64,000 bases of DNA, from NCBI RefSeq assembly GCF_963853765.1, contig NC_088857.1, positions 47,430,001 through 47,494,000 on the forward strand, written 5' to 3'. A model generated the notes under the pieces. That model did no database searches. It was given only the letters and a program-made list of their open reading frames with translations, and was not told the origin of the DNA. A program made the position numbers and the translations under genes. The DNA is from Magallana gigas. Taxonomy: Eukaryota. Below are positions 26,276 to 38,815 of the stretch, in pieces (within the stretch, counting starts at the first letter, position 1; each line of letters begins with the position of its first letter).

Positions 26276-29200
26276 ATGAAGAGGGTACGCCATGAGCAGA
26301 TAAATTTATCTGTTCACCATTACTTGAAACGGAGACAGTTTCTAGTAAGTCATTAAAGTAATCAGAACTGGTTAAATAATAATAAAAAAAACCACGAAAA
26401 AGTTGGTTTCCATTAGAGAAGTGAAAATCAACTTTACATTATACAACTGTACAAATTATGAATGCTGAATACCACAAGACCTTTAATGAACAACATTATT
26501 CATCTCGTCTTTTCAAAGTAACAACTTTTTTCAGGACCATGAAAGTTCTCAAAAGAAGGATTCGCGATGGGCCCAAACTATTAGTGATATGGCAGTGAAC
26601 AATGCCAGCAATGGTGAGATAACTGTTGACAATCTTCTGACCTACAGTAGCATCAGTGGGGATGCCAGTTCATGTGATGAACAATTCTCCAGGTAATACT
26701 TAAGTCCAGGATAAACATTTATTTATCAAACATGTCAAATGAATTCAATTTCAAATTAATTTGATATCATATATAGCTTAATTCAAGTATAAGTTCCTAT
26801 TACAAAAATCAGTATTTGTATTATCTTCTTTTTCATCATAGAACACCGAATACTGGTACTTATAATTAATGAAAATGAGTAAGACCAGTACATTTTTCTT
26901 CAGGTTAAAAGCATACATAAACAAAGGAAGTGAACCATACAGGAGCCAGCTTCAGCCCCTGTTGTACCCGTTGTTTGTTCACCTGTACCTTGATCAGTTG
27001 TGCAATGGACACAAAACACCAGGTAAAGTACCAATATATTGTCAAACTGTGGTAGGTGTTAAAAAAGGGACACACAATATCCCCTGTATGTTAATTTTTT
27101 TGTCAAATTGATATTTCAAATCACATATAAAATAGCAATAAAAAGAGGAACAAAGGTCTCAAATGTATAAAGCACACTGTTAAAGGGTTAAAGCATTTTA
27201 CCTGGTAGTTAAAATATTAATGTTCTTTACATCTTACAGCTCATCGATTCTACAGTAAACATTTGAAGTTGTTTGAGAATGAGAAGTCCTTCACCCACAC
27301 ACTTGAATCTATACACAAGTTGTACAACCAATCTGATGTGTCAGGTTGTCTAGAGGCAACAGATTTCAGGTGAAAGTTTAAATCAAAGGCAATCCTGTAT
27401 ATTGTATACAGAGGTTTTTTTTCATAAGATTTATTTTTACCTCATTATTTGTCATTTTCAACGATTCTGTCTCAAGAGACAATCTGTATTTACATACAAA
27501 TTAATATTTATTGTATACCTGATTTGAATTCGTATTAATATAATGGAATTCATGGATATTGTTCAGAGAAAATACATGTAAAATAATGTGGCGTCGGTAC
27601 CCGAGTGGTTAAGGTGCAGGACTCATGACCGAAAGGTTGTGGGTTCGAATCCTAGCCGCGGCAAGTCGACGTTGTGTCCTTGGGAAAGACACTTTACATG
27701 TATTTCCTCACTCCACCCAAGTGTAAAATGGGAACCTGGCTATAGACAGTGAAAGATATTGTCGGAATGTGAGTGTTTGAGCGCCTTAACGGCTGCCGCA
27801 CTGAGAAGGCTCTGGAATGCTTCAAGGTCTGCTGGGGTAATAATTGTAAAGCGCTTTGAGAAATGGTTCGCCAATTTTAAAAGCGCTATATAAAAACTTG
27901 CAATTATTATTATAATTATGTACCAATCTTATTAAAACTTTCAATTCGCTCCTTGTTTTTCTATTGTCGTGACACAAGGATCTGAAGAAACCCCGCTTGA
28001 GGTCACCTCCTGTTAAACTTTGTCTTGACCAATGAAATCATCGGTTACGTGTTTTGGAAGTTATGCCAATACAATCTTTGGATTCCATGAGGGCATCGAA
28101 TATCAACTTCTGCTTCGTCTCTAGCTCGTTGATACCAAAAGATTGGAGAACATGTGCTAATGCCCCTTCAACGCTTTGTCAATGAATCCATTTCAATTTG
28201 TAACCCGAAAATACCATTTCTTAAAATTGCTCTGATTGGCTTAAATAACTCATGAATATTCTTAAATCAAAGTTCGCCAGGAGGTGACCTCAAGTGGGGT
28301 TTCTTCAGATCCTTGTGTAGCAACAATAGAAAAACAAGGAGCGGATCAAGAATCTGGTTTTAATCAGATTGGAGAAAATACTTGTTTTTGGGCTGTAGCA
28401 ACAAATTATCAATTTTTATAATAACTTGATAGACAAACCGTTGACACTTTTAGGCTCTCAAATGACACTCTGTCCTTGCTTTGGTTTTCTAGGGAGAATA
28501 AATTCAAAATAAAGTTATCAGAGGAGGCTTTGGAATATTTACTTAGACATTTAAAGGTAAGAAGCTTGTAAAAGAAAATGTCAGAATTTTATTGCAAATA
28601 TGATGGAATACAGGACATACTTGTTGCTGAAATGCAGCAAAAAATTTTGAATTATTGATATTTACAAATGTAATAATATATTATTTTATATATGACATGT
28701 TATAATCTCCCTTTTGGTTATATTTCAGCATGAAGACAACAGCACAATATATCAAATTTTTAATCAACATATCAAGTTAGAAAATACAGGTATTTTTTGG
28801 TCTACCCATTTCTTTTAGTGGTAACTCTTGAAATTTCCATTATTTTATAAGGTTATTTTAAAATGATATTTTAATGCAATAAGATGTGATATACATGTAT
28901 CACCTGGATGCATTTAATGTGAAGAAATAAATTAATGGATTTTTAATTCATAGATAATGTGTGTTTTGTAAATTAGTTGACAATGAAGCCAAAGGAAAGC
29001 TGGATTTAACCGAGGGCTTGAGTACAACAAAGGAGGAGTCTTTTGAGATAAAGGAAGATCCAGAGCACTTGGAGGCTATGTCAGCATTACAACTGTCAAT
29101 CAGACAAGTGAGGGAGGGGCCTCCATGTCTACCCTCCATTTGTTTCTACACATTCATCAATGCATACCAAGGGTTAGTTCATTCCTTCAGTCACAGTTGT

Positions 29201-32200
29201 CTTCCTTGCAATACATATACAAATGCAAAAATTTTAAGGGGAATGGGGAGGTCTGGGCTCACCCCTCTTGAAAAATTCAAACTTGTAAAGTTACTAAAAA
29301 TAGGCCTCGGATGTTCCTGGCAAACAAAATTATCCCTCAGAACCCAAATGGAAAAATTCTTGATCTGTGCATGAGAACATGTATACGATTAAGCCATAAA
29401 TTATTTGAAAGCATACACATATTTGTATACACATAACAAATTAGGGAAACATTTTTATTTAAATGTTGTGTGTTTTTAAATTTGAATTCAGTTTTTGCCT
29501 GGTAAAAGGAAAGAACACTTTATAATTGACATAAACATATCTTTTAATTCAGGCTGTGCACTGTTGATATCTCACCTGATAAAACCCTCATTAGTGCTGG
29601 GTTTGAGGATGCTTCTATCAAGCTTTGGAGCACCACCCCTAGTCTCTTGCAGTCCACCCCCCAAACAGTGGACCCTTGTAAACTGTACATAGCAGCCGAT
29701 TACTGGAACGTGGACGTTTTAGAAGAAAGGTACGGTAGGCAATATCGTGTACAGGAATGAGAGAGCTACTGCCTTAATTAAGTAGATGTGAAGATGCTTT
29801 CAACTGTGATTTTACTGTCATTGAAATACTGAGCAAATTACTTCAACCTACAAGGTTCATGCAACAGGGATGAAATTGCATTTGAAATGTATCATGAAGG
29901 TGAACTTCTATGCCATAGTAAACTTTGCCATTACATGTACCATATTTATGGTACAAGAAATGTAGTCCTATTGCATATATATTTGTAAGTCACTAACACA
30001 TATTACTGTAATAGGATTTACAAAGTGTCGAATAATGTCTTTGAGATTAAAAGACATGTGCATGCATGCGTGATGAAAGCTTTGATTGTTAGATATTGAT
30101 AGTACCATAAATATGAAAAATATAAAAGAAAATAAAGATTGAATAAAGAGTAGGATCTTTGAATTCTCTTTATTCAATAATTCATTGACTATATATGAAC
30201 AAATGCTAAATTTGGAAGACAATATTACAAATTGAGGGAAAGTGTGTGACCTGGATTTTTATGATGTGTACGCAAAGTAGTAACCTTTCTGAATAAATTT
30301 TGTAATCATTTTTTATTTTGAATTATTTAATGAATCTCTGACTTAACATGATTAACAGTGCTTTATGACACCTGAGTTTCAATGTTTGCCATATGTTCCA
30401 GTAAGCCCCGCTACACAGAGACGGTGACCCTGAGGGCCCACAGCGGCTCTGTCTACAAGACCTGCTTCTCCACGGACTCCAAGCACCTGCTGTCTGCATC
30501 AGAGGATGCTACAGGTTTAACCTCACACAAATTCAACAAAATAATTTAATTTTCTTTTTTATGTATGAAAATTTTAGAAAAATACAGTGCTCGAACTGTA
30601 TCATCCTTATGACAGAGCAGGTTACATGTATAGAAAATTATTCAATCTGATGAAGAAATATTAGCTAGACATTTTTGTAATGATTTGATTTCCTGAATCA
30701 TTGCATCAATATAATTTTTGTAACCCTTTTAGTTCGGTTGTGGGATATGAGCACACATACCAACAAAGTGTGTTATAAAGGTCATAATGCTCCAATTTGG
30801 GATCTAGATGTTGGGTAAATATTCCTACAATGTATATTGAATTTACATGAAATAGAAACAACAAAATTCTGTGTAACATTTATTTTTTCTCTGAGATTAA
30901 CCACCATTGAGTGATTTGAGTTCCTTCTGTTTACAGAAGCATTGGCGGGTACTTTGCCAGCAGTTCACAAGACCGCACAGCCAAACTGTGGGTCAGTGAC
31001 AGGATTTATCCAGTACGCACATTTGCTGGGCACAACCTGGATGTAGATGTGAGTTTTTTATTCATTCAGTAGTTAAGCCATCTCCTTGCCTAGTAATGGT
31101 GCAATTTAAGCCTCTGAACTATGTGATCTTAAGTTTTCAGGCCTTTTAATTCTCTACAGCCCTCAGACCATAAAATTTCAATTTTTTTCTGGATTCATTT
31201 TATATCTGCCTCAAGTTTAAACTTAAGCATAATGACAGGAGACCTGAATTTGATTCCTTGTAGTGTGTCAAGTTCCATCCTAACTGTAATTATCTGGCCA
31301 CCGGTTCCTCTGACCGCTCAGTCCGCCTCTGGACGCTACAGGACGGGAAGTCTGTGCGACTGATGCACGGCCACAGAGGAACCATCATGACACTGACATT
31401 CTCACCCAACGGAAACTACCTAGCATCTGCAGGTACATGTACAGTAAAACACGGTTATAACGAAGCGCCAAGGACTGGCGATTTTACTTCGTTATAGGCG
31501 TAATTCGTTATATCCGTCAAGTTTACAACATCTTATATAGTCACGGGGAATGAAAATCACTTCGCTGTAAGCGTCAATTCATTATAAGCGTGTTCGCTAT
31601 AACCGTGTTTTACTGTACTAATATATAAATAGCTGGCTATGAGGATTTTAAAGTAGTGTATACTTGTTTGAAAAGATTAATTGTAATAATGTATGAGATA
31701 CTGCAAAAGTAGGGACTGGTACAAAATTGCAGCAAGTATAGATCTTCAAACAATTACTTTTAATTAGAATATATATATGTGGCTGCCTAAAATATATAAT
31801 TCTTGTCAAATTGAAAATCACCATTTTCAATGAGTACTGAATGCCATTCCTTTTTTTTTTACGTCTGAAAAATGATTTATATTCAAGTGTTTTCAATTCA
31901 ATTCTTTAGTATTTTTTAATTGAAATACAAGTATATATATCTATTTTACTAAAATATGACACATCATCTTTTACAACTCCAGTAAATTATGGTTTTGATT
32001 ACAAATAATAAGGTGAAGATAAGAGAATAAGAGTGTGGGACCTGAGCTCTGGACAGCTGTACAAGGAACTGAAGGGTCACACCGACACCATACACTCCCT
32101 GTCCTTTAGTGGAGACAGCACCCTGCTGGCCTCAGGTAACCACCCACACAACACTGATGACTGTCCACCCTCAAAATTTAGATCACAAGTATATGTATTG

Positions 32201-32897
32201 GTACTTGCATGTAGATAATTGTGAGGTCTTCCGCAAATACAGTTAAACTTTGATATCCCGTGTAACATATGATTGAGTTGGAAGTCCCAACTACAGTTTT
32301 ATTAAGAATCTTGAATATTTGTAAAATAAAGTTTTGTCTATCTGCCATGAAGTTAAAGATACTGAGATTTGGCTGTACATGACTTTTGCCGACCTGAAAC
32401 TAAAACTATGATATAAAAAAGCCCACTTTATGCATGTACATGACTGTATATAATTCCCTGTCCATCCTTTTGTTTGGGGTTTTTTAGTATGGAACAACAT
32501 CAGCAGAAACTATAGAAGGAAAAAGTTTTACTGTACATTGTATCCATTTTTTCCTGTACATTTTAATGTTTTGAGCATTTGATTGACTTTTGAAGGTGGG
32601 ATGGACTGTACAATAAAAGTCTGGGACATCAGGAAAGGCGTGGCCAGTAGCAGTTCCCAGTGAGTTCATTCAACTCAGTTACACTATTAACAGATATTAA
32701 CTCAAGCAATTTGTCATCTAATTATAACATTGTTTTGAAATAATGATACGAGATGATAACTTGAGTGTTATTTATGTTACAGCTCAGATGGAATTTCATC
32801 CCCTGAACTGCTAGGATCCTTTTCCGCAAAATCTGCGGTGGTGACTTATTTACAGTATTCAGAGCACAATGTACTCAGAGGAGCAGGGGCGGTGTGA
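26276..32897 (+). CDS. TAF5L: TAF5-like PCAF/SAGA-associated factor (WD40), 15 exons, 583 aa
   Basis: Exons 26276-26344, 26535-26692, 26904-27022, 27240-27369, 28493-28556, 28729-28789, 28977-29172, 29553-29729, 30402-30514, 30733-30814, 30937-31048, 31264-31432, 32013-32135, 32596-32659, 32783-32897 total 1752 nt in phase. N-terminus MKRVRHEQINLSVHHYLKRRQFL matches the TAF5L start (MKRVRTEQIQ...YLKRRQY). TAF5 NTD2 motif LYPLFVHLYL. WD40 repeats ([32 protein letters not shown]). Confidence 0.95.
27590..27917 (+). mobile_element. tRNA-derived SINE (CORE/Meta-like centre, LINE-like AT-rich tail)
   Basis: A box (tacccgagtgg ~27598) and B box (ggttcgaatcc 27642-27652), then gtgtccttgggaaagacact...tgtaaaatggg, 3' gtaaagcgctttgag...aagcgctatataaa and (att)n tail. 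Confidence 0.85.
27922..28372. mobile_element. MITE with ~90-bp TIRs
   Basis: ccaatcttattaaaac...acacaaggatctgaagaaaccccgcttgaggtcacctcctg, inverted at caggaggtgacctcaagtggggtttcttcagatccttgtgt...aatcagattgg. Confidence 0.85.
31442..31615. mobile_element. Tc1/mariner-type MITE, 174 bp
   Basis: ta|cagtaaaacacggttata ... tataaccgtgttttactg|ta perfect TIRs with TA duplication. Confidence 0.9.
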
Positions 32898-33159
32898 ATA
32901 TAAAATTTGGTATTGCTTGAGTGAGAGAAATTCCCCTGTCTGAAGATTGGAAGAAAACAAAAGGAAGTGATAAGTTCACTGGATGTGTTCAGTCAGATTT
33001 GCCATTTGATAGACAAATACTGTAGAAAAATGAGGACCAAGATTAATCCCCTGTAAAGTACTGTTGAAGTCAGTAATCACTGAAGCGGCTCAGTTGTCAA
33101 GGTTTTTTCCAAATGCAATAACTGGTTATTCCTGTAATATATGATACAATCAAACAATC

Positions 33160-33425
33160 AAACAATTGGTTACTCTGAGTCAATTTTAACTTAAACAATT
33201 CTCAATGCTTACAAACGATTGCTTACTCTGATTCAGTAACTTAAACAAATTCTCTATACTGACAAACAAATGGTTACTCGAGTCAGTAACTTAAACAAAT
33301 TCTGTATGCTGACAAACAATTGGTTACTCTGAGTCAGTAACTTAAACAAATTCTCTATGCTGACAAACGATTGTTTACTCTGAGTCAGTAACTTAAACAA
33401 ATTCTCTATGCTGACAAACAATTGA
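33160..33425 (+). repeat. ~51-bp minisatellite (~5 copies)
   Basis: aacttaaacaa at 33188, 33238, 33288, 33339, 33390. Confidence 0.9.
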
Positions 33426-35018
33426 AAATAATCATGGGTTTGGGTAGTGTTTTTCTTTAAATATTTGTAAAATTTATGGCATGCAAGAGGTACTTGCATT
33501 TAATTAATGTTCTTAAAAGATCTCAAGTAGAGTAATATGAAAGAATAAATCTTTTATGTACCAGTATATATTGTAATGTTTTTCTTACACAGGCCATCAT
33601 CAAGTACAAGCACGTATTGTTCAGTTGATGGCTGAATCAATGAATGGCAAACATTGTTTTAGTGTCGGATTGACTGTTGTAGGTGGGATGGACTGTACAA
33701 TAAAAGATGGCTGAATCAATGAATGGCAAACATTGTTTTAGATAAACAAATCCAGGTATACTGGATAAGTTACAGCAATGATAGAAGATATAGGGAAGCA
33801 GTATATACCCATTGATCAATTCAAACTTTTCAATGGTTTAACATTTTCCTAATTTAAATTTATTAAACCCAATGCAACAAGTTGGTGGTGGTATAATGTA
33901 TAATGTTTTAGACCCATGTCAGTCGGTCGGTCTAACAGTCTTAGGTCTGTTCTTTTTTTCTGCGGAACTTCACTTAAACCACAGCTTAGAATTTTGTAAA
34001 AACTACGAATATAATGCGTAGTTGTACATATTACCAGGAATTCCGGTTATTTTTCTGGGAATTTCTGCACTTTTAAACTTGGACATTTGTTGAATACAGT
34101 AATGGACAGTGTGTTAGCGCAAGTTCTCCTCCCAAACCGCTGCACACAGAATTTTATTAAACTTTGAAGGTAATGTAACCCAAGGACAATGTGTAGGTGT
34201 GCATATTACCGAGAAATTCCGATTCCTTTTATTTTTGGGGGAATTTAGGCTCTTTTGAAATTAGAATTTTGGCCATACCTGTATATACATGTAGAATGTT
34301 CTACCTAATGAACCGTTTGTCAAGACAACTCCTCTTAAACTGCCGTACAAACTTTCAATTGATGAAACTCTATAGGTTATAAGAACACCATGTGTAGATG
34401 GGCAAATTACCAAGAATCCGAATCCAGTATTTTTCTGGGATATTTGGCCCTTTTCAACATTGAGGTCTGGCCATCTAATGACTATAGTAATGAGAATACT
34501 TACACTTTGTAGTGTGAATATGGTATTTGAATTAACTCAATCTAAATGAAACTTTATAAGTAAATTTGGGATTGTGTTGCTGTCAATACACCTTGAATTA
34601 ATTTTCCAGATTTTTTCATTTGTGTCCTTATTTTTTCCACTTTGAGGTTATGGCTCATGCATACCTTTCAGTTGCAATTGTGTACTAATTTACGTTTTCA
34701 CCCTGGGGGAAATGTGTATAGCTTCCTTAGGGTCCTCGAGATAGAACGAAACCAAAAAAGTATAATAATATATTTATTTTAAAACTAATGAAGAAACTGC
34801 AATTACAACATTGTTACAACGAAGTTTCTAAACTCAAGCACTAAAAGTAAAAGATCTGTCTTTACAAAATAAACATTCACCTGCAATCAATCTACGGTTT
34901 CACCGTACGTAATATAAGCGGTCTTCGGTAGTAAGGAAAAGATAATTTATTGTTCTTAAAACATTTTAAATAAGTTCAAAATTAAAAAAAAAAGTCCTTC
35001 AAATTTCCGATTCACTCC

Positions 35019-37311
35019 CTATAACGTAATTTTGGTGGACACACAAATTACTGGGGTTTTCTGGCGAGAGAAGTTCCTCTTCATGGTTAAAACTGCTGAG
35101 TAGCTTCTCTGTATTCGCATAGTTTGGTTTTCCAGTCTTTCTTTTAGATCAATCAGGGTTTTGAATAATGATAATTTTCTTTCCGCTGGAAATTTACCCT
35201 GCAGAAGCCTCCTCTGCTCTATTCGGGCTTTTTCTTCCTCTTGAGCCTCCTTAATCTTATTCTGCACGACTAATTTCTCAAGACGTAGCTGGTTTATCTT
35301 CTCTTGAAGACTTTGTTTCACTTCCGGTAACGTACGTTCACCAGATTCCGCTTCCTGTCCTACGGCGAAATCCATTTCTTGAGGTTTGTCATCTTCCTCC
35401 AATGGCGAAAATTCTCGGCATGGCAAATTAGAGTTCATATTATCCATGTCGATTCTTTCATCGTCGTCCGAGCTTAGAGTCCCGTCTCTAGTCAGACTTG
35501 CGTAGCCTGCGTCCAGAGATTCTTGCATTAAACCCTCCCCTGTGACGTCATTAGCATTCGTCATTGGATACGAAATTATGCTAGAATTATCTGAACGGTC
35601 TTCATTGTTTGCCATTTCTGTGTCATCGTCTGTGGTATTTTTGTGATAATCGGTGTCATACACGATTTCCTGTAAAAGGTCCTCAATAGAAACTCGTGTG
35701 TAGTCGGCCTCGGACATCCCCTGCTCTAGGATCAAGTCAAGGTCATTTTCATACGGTGCATTATAAGTGTATGTTAGGTTGCTATTGTCCCAGTCTTCAT
35801 CAAATGTGTGGCACTCCCAGTCAATAGACACGTCACCCTCGGATATTATAGACCAGCGATAATGGGTCTCAATGTTCTTTTCTGCAGACCGTCTCTGGCG
35901 TTTCGAAATGAAAAGATTCTCTTGCGCTTCAAGTATGTCGTCTTTCTCGGGAATATTACATACTACAAGTCTTTCAACAACTTCGCTTTCCTTTCGACTC
36001 CCCAAATTCTGAATTTCAGCGTATTTATTGTCCGAATCCGACTGATAAATGCACAGCTCAGTGGCTGGAACCTGAATCCAAGGGTTGGTTCTAGTGCTGA
36101 AACGAATGTTCGAATATTCGCGAATGAATAGTAAATTTCTAATATTCGAATGTATATTTAGCATTCGAATATTCGATCACATGTTAAACACCCATATCAA
36201 GCACTGTAAACTATGCAGCATCGTGTTATTTCATTTTACTCGGAACGAAAGTAAATATAAAGCCATCCATGACTGCCATGCTTGGTAGAGTCTATTACTT
36301 AACCCAGTAATAGACTCTTCCATTCCTCTTCCGCCATGCTTGTTTACCTTGAAAGTAAAAGCAGGGTTTACATCGAACGGAGACAAACATTCTGGATTTT
36401 TCAATTCATGTCAGACGCTGAAGAAAAAAATTGCTTAACTGTTTGAACGAGTGTGAGCTACTGAGAATTAATATCGAAAGGTACATCGAAAGTTTTTTTA
36501 AAAGATACCTCGATATAATTTGTTTTGTTTTTTTAAATAAACAGAAGATTTCCGGAGTTATGAGCGTTATCAGTTTTCTGTTTAATACTAAATCAAACAT
36601 GGCGGAAATATTTGGACTGACTTACGAAGTAACGTATCGGTCTCATCCAGGAGTCAGGACTGCAGTATATTATTAAAGAAGTAATAAATCTTTTGATTGT
36701 AGTTGATGGAGATTTTTAAAAAATCAGTATATTATTATTTGCTTAAAAATTAAATGCGCACCCAATTCAATGGATACTCTTGCATTAAGTGTCAACGTCG
36801 AACTGACATGTTTAAGCAGTCTACACATACACCCACTTAGTAATACAAACTATCATATATGCTTAATACATTGTCTATGACGTCTACGAATATTTGAATA
36901 CGAATCGAATAGCACTCACGAATATTCGAATACTGATTTATGGTATTCGTTTCAGCACTAGTTGGTTCGAATCCTTGTTCTTGGTTTCAAGCTGTTGAAT
37001 TGTCCTATATTTTCATAAGTCACAACGCTCTGTTCTAGGGTTTGTAACTCTGTCTCCGAAGTTTGCTGAGTCGCGTGCGTTCGGTTTGCTCTTGATCGGA
37101 GGGTTTCAAACAAAGTGTCCAAGTCTGAATGAAGATCCACCAAATTTGATATACTGTTCTCACGAGAGTGGACTAAAACTTCGGCATGGTCGAAATGTTC
37201 AGTGACAGTATTTGTTTCTTTTAAATTGTCCTTGCATTTGCCAAAATGTTTCTTCTTTTTACTTTTGGATTTTTGAAAGAAGTTGCTGGGAAGAAGCTGT
37301 CGAATCTTCAT
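35019..37311 (-). pseudogene. Uncharacterised ~471-aa protein (acidic disordered middle, C-terminal coiled coil), coding exon interrupted by a hAT-type insertion
   Basis: Removing 36092-36968 (element plus one TSD copy) fuses ORF 36958-37344 and ORF 35019-36164 in frame (...KPRTRIRTN-PWIQVPATELC...). ATG 37311 to stop 35019 gives 1416 nt. Confidence 0.85.
36092..36960. mobile_element. Non-autonomous hAT-type element, 869 bp
   Basis: Perfect 16-bp TIRs tagtgctgaaacgaat / attcgtttcagcacta. Exact 8-bp TSD gttggttc at 36084-36091 and 36961-36968. Subterminal gaatattcgaa repeats. Confidence 0.93.
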
Positions 37312-38771
37312 AGTTCTTGACCTAGAATGAGAAATTATTGTCAAAGTTTTTCATTAATGTAGCATATTTTCGTCTAAAAGGGAACAATTTTAATTAGTTT
37401 CCTATCAAGACACTTCGGTATGGTATTCTTGACCAGTGAGGTCTTAGAAGACCCAGTCTGTTGGAAATACCAACATTCAGGTTCATTTTACACCGTCTTA
37501 AAATTATGGACAATCCACCTGTCTAGAATTTCTTTTCCTATTCATAAATATATGAAACATGCTGGCTGACAAAAATAGCGGAGGCATGCACCAGTCTCCC
37601 CAAAAATGCCCCGCGCTTGTCTTGAAGTTTTAAGGTTGAATATACGTATAGATTGGATCGATCGACTTAAGCTACAATAAGAAGACGGACGTCGGGCGTC
37701 ACTGACCGATGTTATGCTCCAAATGTTTGCACTCGGCATAAATGGAAGAATTGTCTGTTCCATCAATAAAACCTACTGATTGACAATAACAATTATTTAC
37801 CCACTTTGACTAACAATATATGGATAAATGAAGAGAGATTCTGAGAGAAATTTAGACGTGAATTGCGGGAGCATTCTTTCTCTACAATGCTCGCTACCAT
37901 CATATCCGCATGAGCAACCCCAAAGAATTGCAACTCTACAATACTTTATTAAATCTGTATATATTTAATCAGGAAAAGTTTTGTCACCTAGTTCACTTTA
38001 TAACGCTAAATCATTAATGCTTATAATGTATATTTAAATCTGCATACATAAAATGAATCGGTTTCTCCAACCTGACATCAATTCAAAGTGAATGAAAAGT
38101 TGTTTAACTATATAAAATAAAAGTAAAAAAAAAATGTAATATTTTCCATCATGAAACCTACCTTAAGCTGTTTTACAATATGGGCATCCCTAAAACTCTG
38201 ACAAATGGATATCCCAGAATTATCGGATTAACGTGTTCAATTGACACGTTCTACTTTGCGTAGTTATATGTTTTCTGTGTCCCTTTGTACCAGATAAACA
38301 GATGTCATAATCCTTATTCTTTTTTTATTAACTCAGCTGTTTGGGGTAACTTAATAGCAATTATACCTCTGATTCACTTTCAAGAGTACCGCGCTGAATA
38401 AACACATAAGTTGTCATAGTCCGGTCTCGGACGAAATCACGATTTAATTACACATAATCGATGCATAATTAATATGCCTTTAATTGTAGCTACATAAGGT
38501 AGAAGATTTTTCGAACAGTGGGCCTTTTATTCCGTTACCAAATATGTTTTACTATGAATTGGTAAAACATTTTCGTTTCGAATAAACTTGGGATATGCCA
38601 TACAATACAGTGCCGTCATAATTTAAAATGACAACTAAGAATTATGCAGAATTGATGCATTTGTTTCCAATATATTTGTCAAAATCTAAAATGCCTAAAG
38701 TGAAAATGATGAGAAAAAAGGTCGAAGCTGGACAGTGGGTGGAGGGGGGGGGGGGGTCATCGAGGGTTAAA

Positions 38772-38775
<4 letters not shown>

Positions 38776-38813
<38 letters not shown>
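38776..38813 (+). repeat. (GA)n microsatellite
   Basis: Direct sequence. Confidence 0.9.

Positions 38814-38815
<2 letters not shown>

Noticed and set aside
27590-27665. tRNA gene
   Set aside because: Has A and B boxes, but no convincing acceptor stem, and it runs straight into a SINE core and tail.
26276-32897. Calling the WD40 gene TAF5 rather than TAF5L
   Set aside because: The N-terminus MKRVRHEQ...YLKRRQ and 583-aa length fit TAF5L; the longer N-terminal region of TAF5 is absent.
36406-36676. Transposase ORF inside the hAT element
   Set aside because: Short ORFs with no BED finger, DDE or hAT dimerisation motifs; the element is non-autonomous.
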